A DNA stretch of 64,000 nt, from positions 11,061-75,060 of IMG/VR virus record IMGVR_UViG_3300042197_004075; one strand, 5' to 3'. The stretch comes from a virus. The position numbers were made by a program, and so were the translations under genes. Positions within the stretch are counted from its first letter, which is position 1, and the number at the start of each line of letters is the position of its first letter. Under the pieces are notes generated by a model. It worked only from the letters and a program-made list of their open reading frames with translations, was not told the DNA's origin and ran no database searches. This document shows positions 19,643 through 29,669 of this stretch, piece after piece.

Positions 19643-20209
19643 ATGAGAGTCAATTTATTTGGTGCGCCGGGAAGTGGAAAAACCACCCTAGCTGCCGAGC
19701 TTTTTGTGCATTTTAAAAAGCAAAATATTAATTGTGAGATTGTTAATGAGCTTGCAAGAGAATGGGCTTATTTGAATAGACCAATTGTTTCTTGCGATCA
19801 AATATTTCTGTTTGCTTCTCAAATGAATCGTGAAGACACCCTGCTTTCACGAAACAAAGCAGACATGATTATTACCGATTCGCCTGTTTACCTAAATGCA
19901 TTTTATGGTATTCTTAAGGATGCAAAATTATTTAAAGGTTTGCAATCATTGTCAAGATATTTTGATTTGAAGTATAAGTGTGTTAATTTATTTTGTAAAT
20001 TAAATGAAAATTTTATCTATTCAGATAAAGGTAGGTATCATAGCAAAGAAGAAAGTAAAAAGCTTGAAACATTAATGTTAGAAGATGTGGAATCATATTA
20101 TAGAACAATTTTAATGGATGTAATTATTTTAGATAATTCAAAAGAAAGATTGGATCAAGCAATCTCAATAATTGAAAGTCAATTTTTTGATCCAATATTT
20201 CCTTCTTAA
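19643..20209 (+). CDS. P-loop kinase (AAA_28 / NadR-like)
   Basis: NLFGAPGSGKTT, ELARE, ITDSP. Confidence 0.8.
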   Translation: MRVNLFGAPGSGKTTLAAELFVHFKKQNINCEIVNELAREWAYLNRPIVSCDQIFLFASQMNREDTLLSRNKADMIITDSPVYLNAFYGILKDAKLFKGLQSLSRYFDLKYKCVNLFCKLNENFIYSDKGRYHSKEESKKLETLMLEDVESYYRTILMDVIILDNSKERLDQAISIIESQFFDPIFPS

Positions 20210-20237
20210 TTTAGAATATAATAACTAAATAAATTGT

Positions 20238-20774
20238 ATGGAAGACTTTAATTTCAAATCATTTTTACTAAATGAAAACAAAGTATACTTGGCACAAGAA
20301 ATTGGTGAAATCTTAAATTCTGTGCAAGAGCTTAATGATGAAGTTGATAAAATTGGTACAAGAAATTTAGTACGATATACACAAGTTATAATTAACAAAG
20401 CTAGAGGAATTTTACAAGGACATTGGGGGGATGAAAATCGTAAGTGGTTAACCAAACTTCAAAAGTGTGCTGTGGCATTGGCAAAAGCTATAGATGAAAA
20501 TGATAATACTGAAGAAGTATTGAAATCAGTTCAAACTGAAGTAGAAAATATGTTGAAAAAGATGGGGGTGCCATTTAATACAATTTCACCATCTAGTCAG
20601 CCAAAACAGCAAGACAATAGCGCAACGACGGCAGCAATACCACAACAAGTTGGTGGCGAGACTCCCGCAGGACAACCGGCACCAACATTGCAGCCTGACT
20701 TAGCGGGACAAGAAGGTATGCCAGCATCACCGACTGGAGCAGTCAATCAAATGCCTGACAATCTAGGTCTATAG
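20238..20774 (+). CDS. putative internal head protein
   Basis: FNFKSFLLNE leader; Pro/Gln-rich tail; TAAATA 6 nt before ATG. Confidence 0.65.
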   Translation: MEDFNFKSFLLNENKVYLAQEIGEILNSVQELNDEVDKIGTRNLVRYTQVIINKARGILQGHWGDENRKWLTKLQKCAVALAKAIDENDNTEEVLKSVQTEVENMLKKMGVPFNTISPSSQPKQQDNSATTAAIPQQVGGETPAGQPAPTLQPDLAGQEGMPASPTGAVNQMPDNLGL

Positions 20775-20777
20775 AAT

Positions 20778-21599
20778 ATGTGCGGACTTGCTGGATTCAT
20801 TGGAAAGTCAAAGCAACCATATGTTTCGTTTGAACTTTTCTCAAATTTATTTGTAAACACACAAGTTCGTGGCGTTGATGCTGCCGGAATATACGCCGTC
20901 GATTCAAAAAACAATATTACATTTTTAAAGGATGGCGTTCCTTCTGAAGTTCTAATTAATTATGATGATTATATTGATCTGCAAAACAAGGATATAAATC
21001 TTTTATTGGGTCATTGCAGACAAACAAGCATTGGAGTTGGAGGATCAGAAGAAAATATTAACAATCACCCATTTGTTTCAGATAATAATAATATAGCCGT
21101 AATTCATAATGGAAGAATTGATCAAGAAGAATATAATAAGCTGGCAAAAGTTTATAATCCAACTGGCAAGTGTGATTCAGAGGTGATTTTAAGACATGTT
21201 GAAAAAAATGTTACCAAAAGTTCTGAAAATAACGCTGATTTAATATTAGAATCATTGACGCATTTTGTAGGACTATGTCCTGCTAGTCAATATGCGATTG
21301 CTTTAGGGGAGGTAAAAGAGCATGACAGAGTATTATACCTTTTGCGTAATGTACACAGGTCTCTTTGGTTCTTCGACTTAACCAAACAGCTAAATCAAAT
21401 ATTTTTTGCATCTACAGACGAAATTCTTTTTACATCACTTCTAAGTGTTTTACCAAAATTAATTAATATTGATGAAATTAAATTATATAAAATTGAACCA
21501 GATTGTATTGTCAAAATTTTGATGAAAGAGAACACTCTTGATATTTTTTCTTATAAGTTAAAATTGCATCAAAAAATTCTTCTTGATTATATGAGGTAA
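20778..21599 (+). CDS. class II (Ntn) glutamine amidotransferase
   Basis: MCGLAG, RGVDAAG, GHCR, NHPF, HNG, DSE. Confidence 0.88.
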   Translation: MCGLAGFIGKSKQPYVSFELFSNLFVNTQVRGVDAAGIYAVDSKNNITFLKDGVPSEVLINYDDYIDLQNKDINLLLGHCRQTSIGVGGSEENINNHPFVSDNNNIAVIHNGRIDQEEYNKLAKVYNPTGKCDSEVILRHVEKNVTKSSENNADLILESLTHFVGLCPASQYAIALGEVKEHDRVLYLLRNVHRSLWFFDLTKQLNQIFFASTDEILFTSLLSVLPKLINIDEIKLYKIEPDCIVKILMKENTLDIFSYKLKLHQKILLDYMR

Positions 21600-21600
21600 C

Positions 21601-22155
21601 ATGGATTTTCATAATTATGAGGTTGATGATTTAGGTCCGATTAAGAAACCATCAAAAAAAAGAAATGGTTGCTCAAAAGGTAAACGATTTGAGAGAGAAA
21701 TAGTAAAAAAATTAATAAATCGATTTGGTGTAGGCTTCAGCAGAAGTGTTGGAAGCGGTAATAGATGGGGACAAGTAGCAAATTTACCAGAACATGCAAA
21801 ACAGACCCTTACAGGCGACATCTGTTGCCCAGAGGGATTCCTGTGGGTATTTGAATGTAAAGGTGGATACTCTGATATAGATTTACATTCATTTTTCAAT
21901 GGAAATAAAAGATTTGATGAATTTTTACAGCAAGCTGAAGATGATGGCAATAGACTTGATAAAAAACCAGTTGTTATATGGAAAAAAGATAGAAAAGAAA
22001 TTGTAGCAGCATTTAAACAAGATGATTTGTTTGTTGAGTTTAAATATTGTTTTAATTACAGAAATTGGGTTATCGTTTCATTAAACGATTTTTTATCTTT
22101 AGATGATCGATGTTTTATTCAAAATCCTCAAGTTGGTAGGAATGAGATTTTTTAG
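21601..22155 (+). CDS. Holliday junction resolvase (Hjc-like PD-(D/E)xK)
   Basis: SKGKRFERE, GD, FECK. Confidence 0.8.
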   Translation: MDFHNYEVDDLGPIKKPSKKRNGCSKGKRFEREIVKKLINRFGVGFSRSVGSGNRWGQVANLPEHAKQTLTGDICCPEGFLWVFECKGGYSDIDLHSFFNGNKRFDEFLQQAEDDGNRLDKKPVVIWKKDRKEIVAAFKQDDLFVEFKYCFNYRNWVIVSLNDFLSLDDRCFIQNPQVGRNEIF

Positions 22156-23455
22156 GGATTAAATTTTTATATTCTGTGGACAAAAACCAATGCCATCTAT
22201 TCGGAAATTGAGGATTTACATGTGTTCCGTAACCATCAGTAATAACAAATACAGCAGCAGGATATTTGTTACCCTGATTAACTATAGATTTAATATGATC
22301 TTCAATAATACTAAATGATGTTCCACCTCCACCATAAACTTGTTGACCTTTAATATCTGTTTCAACAACTCTTGTGTCAAAACAGAACAATCTGATGTTG
22401 AACTTTTTTGGATCAAGCGTTAGAGCAGCAGCAAAAAACCTATCTTTCAGATGAATACAACTACCTGAAGTGTCCATAAAAAAGAAAACATCAATTTTAT
22501 CCTTCTTCATGCGAATATCTTCAACGATCTCGTCTGATGGAATAAACAATTCTGTTTCTATGCACGAAAATCTGCGTGGTAAACGAATCCATTGTTCAAT
22601 TTCAAATTCGTCATGTCTTAAAGCAATCTTTTCCCACTTTTTAATGACTGTTTCCCACTTTTGTTTTTTAATAATTATGTTTGGTTTCACAACTAGAAAA
22701 GGTACGCACCCAAGAGCAGTACCTGCTTTGAACGACTTTGAAATTTGATTTTGAAGTTTGTCTTTCAAAACTTGAATATCTTCATCACTTAAACTTTCAA
22801 TAACATCCTTGATCAAATCTGGATTGTCGAGGTCATCAGACCATTTATCGTGATTATCCACAGTACTTGGTAAACCATCATCAGATTTGGAACCAGAATC
22901 AGAATCAGACTTTTCGTCTGAATTACCTTGATCTTTATCTTGACCTTTGCCTTGACCCTGACCTTTATCTTTGTTTTTGGCTTTATCCTGTTCTTTTAGT
23001 AATTGAACATAATAAAATTCTGAACTTTCATCAGTAGGGTAAGGTCTGCCATAAAGTTGTTTGCCCTTAAAAACAGTATCAACCCAACAATACTTTTCCC
23101 AATCTTGAATTTCTGTTTTAATAAAACCAAAACTTTCACATAGCAAATGATTAATAACAATGTCTTGAGCAACATTTGCTATTCGCTTTTGATCACAATC
23201 TTTAAATCTTGAACCATGATTTAAAACGACATGCAAACATTCGTGACAAATAACAAACAATTTTTTGTATTCATCACATTCATTCCAAAAATTTTCATTG
23301 AATAAAAAGTTGATGCATTTACCTTCCTTGTTGAACACAACGGCAGCAGTATCCACGGAATCAGTAAATACAGGTTTTCCGAGTTGCCAAAATTTGTAAA
23401 ATAAGGCATGATGTTGCTCAAGTTTGTCACCAATACTTTTCCAATAGTCTATCAT
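22115..23455 (-). CDS. DUF2201-type metallopeptidase-vWA protein
   Basis: HECLH, NVAQDIVIN, MIDAS DTSGS, GGGT, ITDG. Confidence 0.85.
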   Translation of the reverse strand: MIDYWKSIGDKLEQHHALFYKFWQLGKPVFTDSVDTAAVVFNKEGKCINFLFNENFWNECDEYKKLFVICHECLHVVLNHGSRFKDCDQKRIANVAQDIVINHLLCESFGFIKTEIQDWEKYCWVDTVFKGKQLYGRPYPTDESSEFYYVQLLKEQDKAKNKDKGQGQGKGQDKDQGNSDEKSDSDSGSKSDDGLPSTVDNHDKWSDDLDNPDLIKDVIESLSDEDIQVLKDKLQNQISKSFKAGTALGCVPFLVVKPNIIIKKQKWETVIKKWEKIALRHDEFEIEQWIRLPRRFSCIETELFIPSDEIVEDIRMKKDKIDVFFFMDTSGSCIHLKDRFFAAALTLDPKKFNIRLFCFDTRVVETDIKGQQVYGGGGTSFSIIEDHIKSIVNQGNKYPAAVFVITDGYGTHVNPQFPNRWHWFLSTEYKNLIPKKSHSYQLEDFE

Positions 23456-23457
23456 AA

Positions 23458-24891
23458 TTACCTCATAGTAAATGATGCGTTTGGACGCAGAGTACCATCA
23501 GTAAATCTTTCAAGGCCAACCTTTGCAATTTTAGCATTAAAAACATTATCATTGGTGTATTTCCCAACTGCATCAACTTGAAGCTGATTGATAAGTTCAT
23601 TATAAACCCGTAAGAAATTTCCACAACAAGTTTCTTTAAGTTTTGCAGTAAAAGTCTTGTTAACAAAATAATGAATGAAAGCAAGAGTTTGTTCAGCGTT
23701 TACAAATAAGTTTCCAGATTTAATAGCATCGAATTCCTTTTGGTTATCCGAATTGTTCAGAGAAATTTTACAATGTTGTGTCCAATCACAAACTGTTTTG
23801 GAATCAACATCAGAAAGTTTAGATCGAGCTATTGATTCGTACATGGAACCAATTTCACGAACCAAATTTTTATCAGCACTTGCCGAAATAATATTTCCCA
23901 GCATTTCGTCATATTTTTTTGTTACATCTGGTTTAAGGTCTTCAACAGAACGACTCATTTTAATATGGTCGAAAATAGTTTCTTTAATAAGTTTGCCATC
24001 TGTTTCACTCATAAGTAGAGAAATCTTCTCGTTGCTGATTAGGGGCAAATAGAACTCACATAGTTTTTTGTTAGCTTTTATATACTTTTTAGCTTGTTCA
24101 TAATTGTTTTCAGCAGTAATGAATGTTTTGGCTTTTCTCAAGTTGCCTGTATTCATAAGTTCATGCAAAGTTTTTTCCACAGGTCCATTAATAAGCAAGG
24201 ACTTAAGTTTAGAAATGTTGCTGTTACGAGGAATCACATCTTCAAGATCACCACCAATAATGTGATTATTAATTGCATAGTCTAACCGACGAGGAGATAT
24301 ATGATCTTTAAACTCAACAGGGAGATCATTCCACCATTCAACAGCAGCTAAACCAATATCATCACCATATTTGGTCTTAAAGTATTGAACATCGCACTCA
24401 TAAGGAATTGGCAAAAAGATTTCAAACCTATCTCGTTGGGGTGGATCGAGTTTCTCAACATCATATACTTCTTCTTCAGTATAAGGATTAATTGCTGCCC
24501 AAACGACTTTTAGATTGGGAAACTTTTTGCCATTAATTGACTTAAACTGAATCAATTCTAGAACAGCATTTCTGATCTTCTTGGGCGCACGATTGAACTC
24601 ATCAAAGAAAATAGCTTGTACTTTGGAACTGTCGCTCAATGCCCTAGGTCGGACAAAATCAAGCACCCTGTTTCCCGATGGGTCCAAAGTTTCTTTTGGG
24701 ACTCCGATGAGATCCGTCCAAGGATCAAGCGTAGCAGCAGAAAAATAGAGATACGACTCACCCAAAACTAAGCCAGCAGATTCAAATACCTGTTTAATCA
24801 TGGCAGTCTTGCCAACGCCATGCTTTCCCTCTAGCAAGACATTGAGATTGTTATCGAGATAAAATTTTAGCTTGTTGATTTTACTAGACAC
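23458..24891 (-). CDS. MoxR-like AAA+ ATPase
   Basis: GKHGVGKT, DLIGVP, FFDEFNR, AAIN, RDRF, SPRR. Confidence 0.85.
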   Translation of the reverse strand: MSSKINKLKFYLDNNLNVLLEGKHGVGKTAMIKQVFESAGLVLGESYLYFSAATLDPWTDLIGVPKETLDPSGNRVLDFVRPRALSDSSKVQAIFFDEFNRAPKKIRNAVLELIQFKSINGKKFPNLKVVWAAINPYTEEEVYDVEKLDPPQRDRFEIFLPIPYECDVQYFKTKYGDDIGLAAVEWWNDLPVEFKDHISPRRLDYAINNHIIGGDLEDVIPRNSNISKLKSLLINGPVEKTLHELMNTGNLRKAKTFITAENNYEQAKKYIKANKKLCEFYLPLISNEKISLLMSETDGKLIKETIFDHIKMSRSVEDLKPDVTKKYDEMLGNIISASADKNLVREIGSMYESIARSKLSDVDSKTVCDWTQHCKISLNNSDNQKEFDAIKSGNLFVNAEQTLAFIHYFVNKTFTAKLKETCCGNFLRVYNELINQLQVDAVGKYTNDNVFNAKIAKVGLERFTDGTLRPNASFTMR

Positions 24892-24957
24892 GACTCATAC
24901 TCCTATTGGCAATTGGTTTTTGCCACTAGTATAAGGCATAGTCGGTAAAGTTCTAGT

Positions 24958-25692
24958 TTATTTGTAAATCTGTAAAGACATTCTGTCGCTTATGAATGTG
25001 TTATCACCTATTTCTAATGTGAACCACACATCATAGATACCTTCATTCAAATCTGTCGTATCAAGTAAATAATAAGCAAAGTTCTTTTCTCTATAGCTAG
25101 TTGCAGCAGCATCAACAACAGTTCGCAAATCTTCTTCAGCTGGCAAACAATCGCCACATTTTTGAACTATGCTTATTTTAACATCAGAGGAAATAATAAG
25201 GTTTTCGTAATATCTTTGCAAATCTGTTCCTCTTGGAACATTTGGAGTTATTTGACAAATTATATATTGTTTGCTACCTTTTCTGAACTTATTAGGTCTA
25301 AAAATAAAAGAAAAATCGTAAACAACAGGAATTGGTGTTGTGTACCAAAGATCAGGGTATAAGGTAAAACTGTTTACTATTTCACTTGAACCTTCTTCAT
25401 TTGTAAAAGATATAGTCCAAACATCAATATAATTGCCAGTTATATATATTGGATAGCTTGTAGGCAAGTCAATGTAGTATTTTCCTGTGTCATCCTGATT
25501 GACTGATGAAATAGTTGTAATTAAAGTTCTTGCATTTGGATCATTTACTGAAACACCATCATTAATACGATAGATTTCTACTTTTTCAATTGAGTCTACA
25601 TTTGAAAAGTTGTTCTGATTATATACAAATAGTCTAAGGGCGACAGTATTTCCAACTGTAGGATTTTGATATCTTTCTCTTGTAGTTGTCAT
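24958..25692 (-). CDS. putative virion structural protein
   Basis: Beta-rich, two Ig-like repeats (GxYxDVW); in tail/baseplate region. Confidence 0.55.
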   Translation of the reverse strand: MTTTRERYQNPTVGNTVALRLFVYNQNNFSNVDSIEKVEIYRINDGVSVNDPNARTLITTISSVNQDDTGKYYIDLPTSYPIYITGNYIDVWTISFTNEEGSSEIVNSFTLYPDLWYTTPIPVVYDFSFIFRPNKFRKGSKQYIICQITPNVPRGTDLQRYYENLIISSDVKISIVQKCGDCLPAEEDLRTVVDAAATSYREKNFAYYLLDTTDLNEGIYDVWFTLEIGDNTFISDRMSLQIYK

Positions 25693-25694
25693 GT

Positions 25695-25889
25695 TTATCT
25701 CCTAGACCTTGCTTGGGATTTTGCTTTACGAGCTTCTTTATCGTGTTCTTCTTTTTCTCGTTTCTTTTGTTCCACAAACTTGTCTATAAGATATCTACGC
25801 TCTGTGATTTCAAGTCTCATAGCTGAAAATTTATCCATATGCATATGGTATATGAAAAAGAAAATCTCATCCATGAGATTTCTCCACAA
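25695..25889 (-). CDS. C-terminal (T / gp51-like) part of frameshifted tail-assembly chaperone
   Basis: EIFFFIYH...RRYLI pattern; frame open back to slippery site at 25931-25940. Confidence 0.7.
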   Translation of the reverse strand: MWRNLMDEIFFFIYHMHMDKFSAMRLEITERRYLIDKFVEQKKREKEEHDKEARKAKSQARSRR

Positions 25890-25891
25890 TA

Positions 25892-26929
25892 CTAGACTTG
25901 GGTTTTCGCTCCCTTCTTGCTCCGGGGGAAGAAAAAATTTGCTTCAAGAGGTAGATCGATTTCAAATTCTTCATTGTTATAAGGACTTACAATTGTAACT
26001 TTGGTGTCAACACCAAAAGGAGGATCATTAACAAGATTTCTAAGATAACTTACATCTTGAATAGGTAGATTTTTAAGAACAACTTTAATTTCTTCCTTTT
26101 CAACTATGCTTTCAATATTGTTGATTAGTTGTGCTGTTCTAAATAAAAGTGTATCATCAGCAGCAGTATCACCAAAGGCTTTCAATCGCCTTTCACGATA
26201 ATCTTGCAATTCTGTTTCATCTCGACCCTTGGACAATCGATAAGTAAATTTCAAACCACTTTTGGGTAGAACACCAGTCAAATCATTGCTGTTGAAAGAG
26301 TCTGGGCAACGCTGAACGGGTATAGTATCAAGGTCAATTACAGTTTGGAAAGGACGATCAGTTTCAGGACACTTTACCTGAACTTCGTAGTCTGAACCAT
26401 ATGAAATGCCACGAAGATAAATCAAAAGAAAAGTTCTATCAGCGGTCAAAAGATTTTCAGGTTTAATAGATTCCTTAATACATTTTGAAAAAATCATGTT
26501 CATAGCAATGCCCTTTTTGACGAAACGAGGTGTTGCTAGAATCTGTTCTTCTTCACCAGTCATAGCACGAATGTGAATCTTCCCATCAACAGGCCCATCT
26601 GTACCATCATAAAATCGACCTCGGCTTGGTAAAACAACTTCTTCAAAATTTGAACTTTGATTTTTTAGATTTTGAAGCAGAATTGTTAGTTCTGTGTTTT
26701 GTTGAAATCCAGCAGGAGCAAATCCTGCAACAGGTTGTTGAGGTTGAGGACTTGACGAGTCTAAACCCATGGCAGCACGGAATTGTGGAGGAATATTTCC
26801 TGTGATTTTTACAGGACTTTCAGGTTGCTGCCCGCCCATTTGCTGCCGAAGTGGATGATGCTCTGGCAAATCAACATGATCATTGTTTTGTGTATTGGGA
26901 CGCTGTGGACGATAGATTTCATCTGACAT
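25892..26929 (-). CDS. T4 gp26-like baseplate hub / tail-assembly chaperone
   Basis: LPSRG, IRAMTGEEE, DRTFLLIYLRGISYG, ANFFFP. Confidence 0.8.
   Translation of the reverse strand: MSDEIYRPQRPNTQNNDHVDLPEHHPLRQQMGGQQPESPVKITGNIPPQFRAAMGLDSSSPQPQQPVAGFAPAGFQQNTELTILLQNLKNQSSNFEEVVLPSRGRFYDGTDGPVDGKIHIRAMTGEEEQILATPRFVKKGIAMNMIFSKCIKESIKPENLLTADRTFLLIYLRGISYGSDYEVQVKCPETDRPFQTVIDLDTIPVQRCPDSFNSNDLTGVLPKSGLKFTYRLSKGRDETELQDYRERRLKAFGDTAADDTLLFRTAQLINNIESIVEKEEIKVVLKNLPIQDVSYLRNLVNDPPFGVDTKVTIVSPYNNEEFEIDLPLEANFFFPRSKKGAKTQV
25931..25940 (-). other. programmed -1 frameshift slippery site
   Basis: Minus strand A AAU UUU UUC; -1 frame is stop-free into the downstream ORF. Confidence 0.75.
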
Positions 26930-27025
26930 GTTTTTTCCTCTTTACTTTTAATGTGTCATTTGACACTAGTTTATAAATTAATACAGTAAAAATAAATTTT
27001 TCTTACATTAAACTAAGATATTTGT

Positions 27026-27406
27026 ATGATTACAATTGGAATTCATAACATCGAAAATATTATTTTTGATAATAAAACTATAAGAGATTCTTTACCTAGA
27101 CATAAACAATATTTTGATTCTTGGCAATTGAGTAAATCAATTCCTTTTATGAGGGCACTTGGCACAAGATCAATTTTACAGTTTATTGATCAAATCTCTG
27201 ATGATGACAAAAAAATTATTTCTGACATCTTGAAAACAGAAGTATATTTTCTTGAAATTGATTTATCAAAAATTTTGAGTTATTCGGGAACAACAGAAAA
27301 TATAGAATTTGAACTGCCCCTACACAAAAATATAAACGAAATAGCTATTACAAGAAGTAGAGATAAAATTGGTGTCACTTTACACGCAGGAGAGAGTCAT
27401 GAATGA
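27026..27406 (+). CDS. hypothetical protein
   Basis: 126-aa ORF heading an overlapping operon. Confidence 0.6.
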   Translation: MITIGIHNIENIIFDNKTIRDSLPRHKQYFDSWQLSKSIPFMRALGTRSILQFIDQISDDDKKIISDILKTEVYFLEIDLSKILSYSGTTENIEFELPLHKNINEIAITRSRDKIGVTLHAGESHE

Positions 27407-27719
27407 ATTTGTGCTAATTATGTGGATTTTTGGTTGCATTGGCATGACACATATTATTGTAGAAAGCGATATTTCCAAAAAAATCAAAGATTTTATTGAA
27501 CCATATACGCCCACTTTTCTTTTTAAAGCGTTGGGCTGTTATCAATGTACAGGATTCTGGTCAGGAGTGTTTATAACAACTGCATATCTAATTATGCAAG
27601 ATAATATAAACGAATTTTGGTTTCTTATTTTTGTTGGTGGTTGTGCAAGTAGTTTTTTAAGTACATTTGCAGCAATTCTGCTTACATATTTAGAGGCAAA
27701 TTCAATGGTGAAAGAATGA
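27399..27719 (+). CDS. small membrane protein (DUF1360-like)
   Basis: Three hydrophobic segments, LGCYQCTGFW; GGAG RBS. Confidence 0.6.
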   Translation: MNEFVLIMWIFGCIGMTHIIVESDISKKIKDFIEPYTPTFLFKALGCYQCTGFWSGVFITTAYLIMQDNINEFWFLIFVGGCASSFLSTFAAILLTYLEANSMVKE

Positions 27720-27937
27720 ATAAATTAAATTTATATTGTGACTTTTGTAATAGAAAGTATCATTCTGTTGATGAGAAAAACTTTATTCAACAAATAAAGT
27801 CACAAGTACAAAAAAGTTTTAAAATTGCAATTGATCAGGAACAGATAAAACAAGAAGCATTTATTGCACAGAAACCAACATATAAGTGTCCTAGATGTGG
27901 ATATCTTATGAGGAACATTGTCAAAAATGAAAAATAA
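27716..27937 (+). CDS. zinc-ribbon protein
   Basis: CDFC ... CPRCG. Confidence 0.6.
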   Translation: MNKLNLYCDFCNRKYHSVDEKNFIQQIKSQVQKSFKIAIDQEQIKQEAFIAQKPTYKCPRCGYLMRNIVKNEK

Positions 27938-28313
27938 ATCATACATAAGTCTTTTTGATGTAAAACAAGCTCTAAGAGATTCTAAGTTCAGAGAATCCTT
28001 ACCAGAGTCTTTAATGCCAGAAGTTCAAAGATTTCTTAACAACCCAAGCTGTACTTGTAATTATTCAATTTATGTAAAGATAATGAAAGATGCCAAAGAT
28101 CAACTTATTCAATTCTATCCAGAAAAACAATACATGTCTCCTGATGAAGAAAAGGAAAAACTTGCCAAAAATAATTTTACAGTAATAAATTGTTCAATTG
28201 GAGAGCTAGAATCTCGGCTTAAATTACTTAAACCGGGAAGAAAACAAATAGCAATTGCAAGATTTGAAGATCAAGCAACTGTAATTGTTAATGAACTTGA
28301 TCAAATTTTTTAA
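27918..28313 (+). CDS. hypothetical protein
   Basis: 131 aa, NPSCTC. Confidence 0.6.
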   Translation: MSKMKNKSYISLFDVKQALRDSKFRESLPESLMPEVQRFLNNPSCTCNYSIYVKIMKDAKDQLIQFYPEKQYMSPDEEKEKLAKNNFTVINCSIGELESRLKLLKPGRKQIAIARFEDQATVIVNELDQIF

Positions 28314-29043
28314 TCAAATATAAAATATTATTTCTCATTTCATTTAATATGGTTTTATGATATTTGGGACACATTGGGTACAAATCATATATGTTCCGCT
28401 TACTTACTAATTTTGAAGCAATATCTAGAAACGAGAGTGCTTTATAATGATTATTTTGCTCGTAGAAATAGCTTGCAGTAAGAACAGATAGTTCAATAAA
28501 TTGTGGATAGGTTTTTAGCAAAGTATTTAGCCATTCTTGTGATTCCTTCAAATTTGTATTCTTTTTGAGCCAATCTTTTAATATTTGAAAATATACATAC
28601 AATAAATCCTCAGACATTTTTTTACCAAAAAGAAATTTTGTAAAAACTGCTATTCTGTCATGCGTATCACTTTCTTTAATCCAATTTTGATCAAATGGGA
28701 AAATGTTAAATTCATTACTTTTTAGAATTAATTTATTCACTTTATGATTATTTGTATTAAAAACTCTCGGTGATTTTACAAAAAAGTCATTTACAGCGAG
28801 ACATACATGTGAACAATTAAGATCATCCGGCAAGTCAGATACTATCTTTTCATCACTTAAAATGAGTAAAAATGGTTCTTTACCAAATTCGCTTATTATT
28901 TGTTGTAATTTGTTTTTATTTGAAGAAATAAGTTTTATGCAGTCTTTTCTATTACCATCACTAAAATACTTTATTTTTCCATTACAATCTATTCTTAATA
29001 GTTGTTGAGAGTCTTGTTTTTGATAGATTGCTAAATTTATCAT
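28288..29043 (-). CDS. hypothetical protein, TPR-like C-terminus
   Basis: 251-aa ORF. Confidence 0.55.
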   Translation of the reverse strand: MINLAIYQKQDSQQLLRIDCNGKIKYFSDGNRKDCIKLISSNKNKLQQIISEFGKEPFLLILSDEKIVSDLPDDLNCSHVCLAVNDFFVKSPRVFNTNNHKVNKLILKSNEFNIFPFDQNWIKESDTHDRIAVFTKFLFGKKMSEDLLYVYFQILKDWLKKNTNLKESQEWLNTLLKTYPQFIELSVLTASYFYEQNNHYKALSFLDIASKLVSKRNIYDLYPMCPKYHKTILNEMRNNILYLIKKFDQVH

Positions 29044-29076
29044 TTTGTTTTTATTTACTAACTTATACTAGAAAGG

Positions 29077-29592
29077 TTGAACAAAAGTATGGATTATGTA
29101 AATAATAAACAACTAGAAAATAATATTTTATTATTTCAAAAGTATTTAAAAAACAAAAAAAAGTTTGAATACATGAAAGCTGACTATGAAAACCATAAAC
29201 AGTTATTAGGTAATAAAATATTTTTACCATTTGATGATACTCGGTACGAAGAAAATAACAAAAAATTAAAGGAAGTTAAAGATTATCTGGCTAGTGAGTT
29301 TTTTATTCTGGCACAAAATATAGTCAGGTTTACAAATTATCAATCTGTAGATGTAGATGATGCAATTCAAGAAGGTGTTTACATTTGTTTGAGCAGGGTG
29401 GAACGATTTGATCCCAGTAGAGGCAGCAAAGCTTTTAATTTTCTTACAACATGCCTTATTCACCACTTGCGGCAGATTTATAGAAGTAATAAAAATTTTA
29501 TAGAATTAAAGCGTAAATACTGTGATTTTATAGTTCAAAAGCATGGTAGAGAACTACCAGCAAAACGAAATGAAAGATTAGGTAAAAAATAA
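29077..29592 (+). CDS. gp55-like late-transcription sigma factor
   Basis: YVNNKQL, DDAIQEG, RFDPSRGSKAFNFLT. Confidence 0.85.
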   Translation: MNKSMDYVNNKQLENNILLFQKYLKNKKKFEYMKADYENHKQLLGNKIFLPFDDTRYEENNKKLKEVKDYLASEFFILAQNIVRFTNYQSVDVDDAIQEGVYICLSRVERFDPSRGSKAFNFLTTCLIHHLRQIYRSNKNFIELKRKYCDFIVQKHGRELPAKRNERLGKK

Positions 29593-29599
29593 TTATTTT

Positions 29600-29628
29600 T
29601 TGACGCACTTGATTTTTGTAGATATATT
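29600..29628 (+). promoter_or_regulatory. sigma-70-like promoter
   Basis: TTGACG-N17-TATATT. Confidence 0.45.
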
Positions 29629-29669
29629 TCCTTTTGATTCTTTTGAAGAATTTTAAATTGGGAGTTTAT

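Noticed and set aside
24906-24928. Possible third sigma-54 site (TTGGCAATTGGTTTTTGC)
   Set aside because: GG-to-GC spacing is 12, not 10
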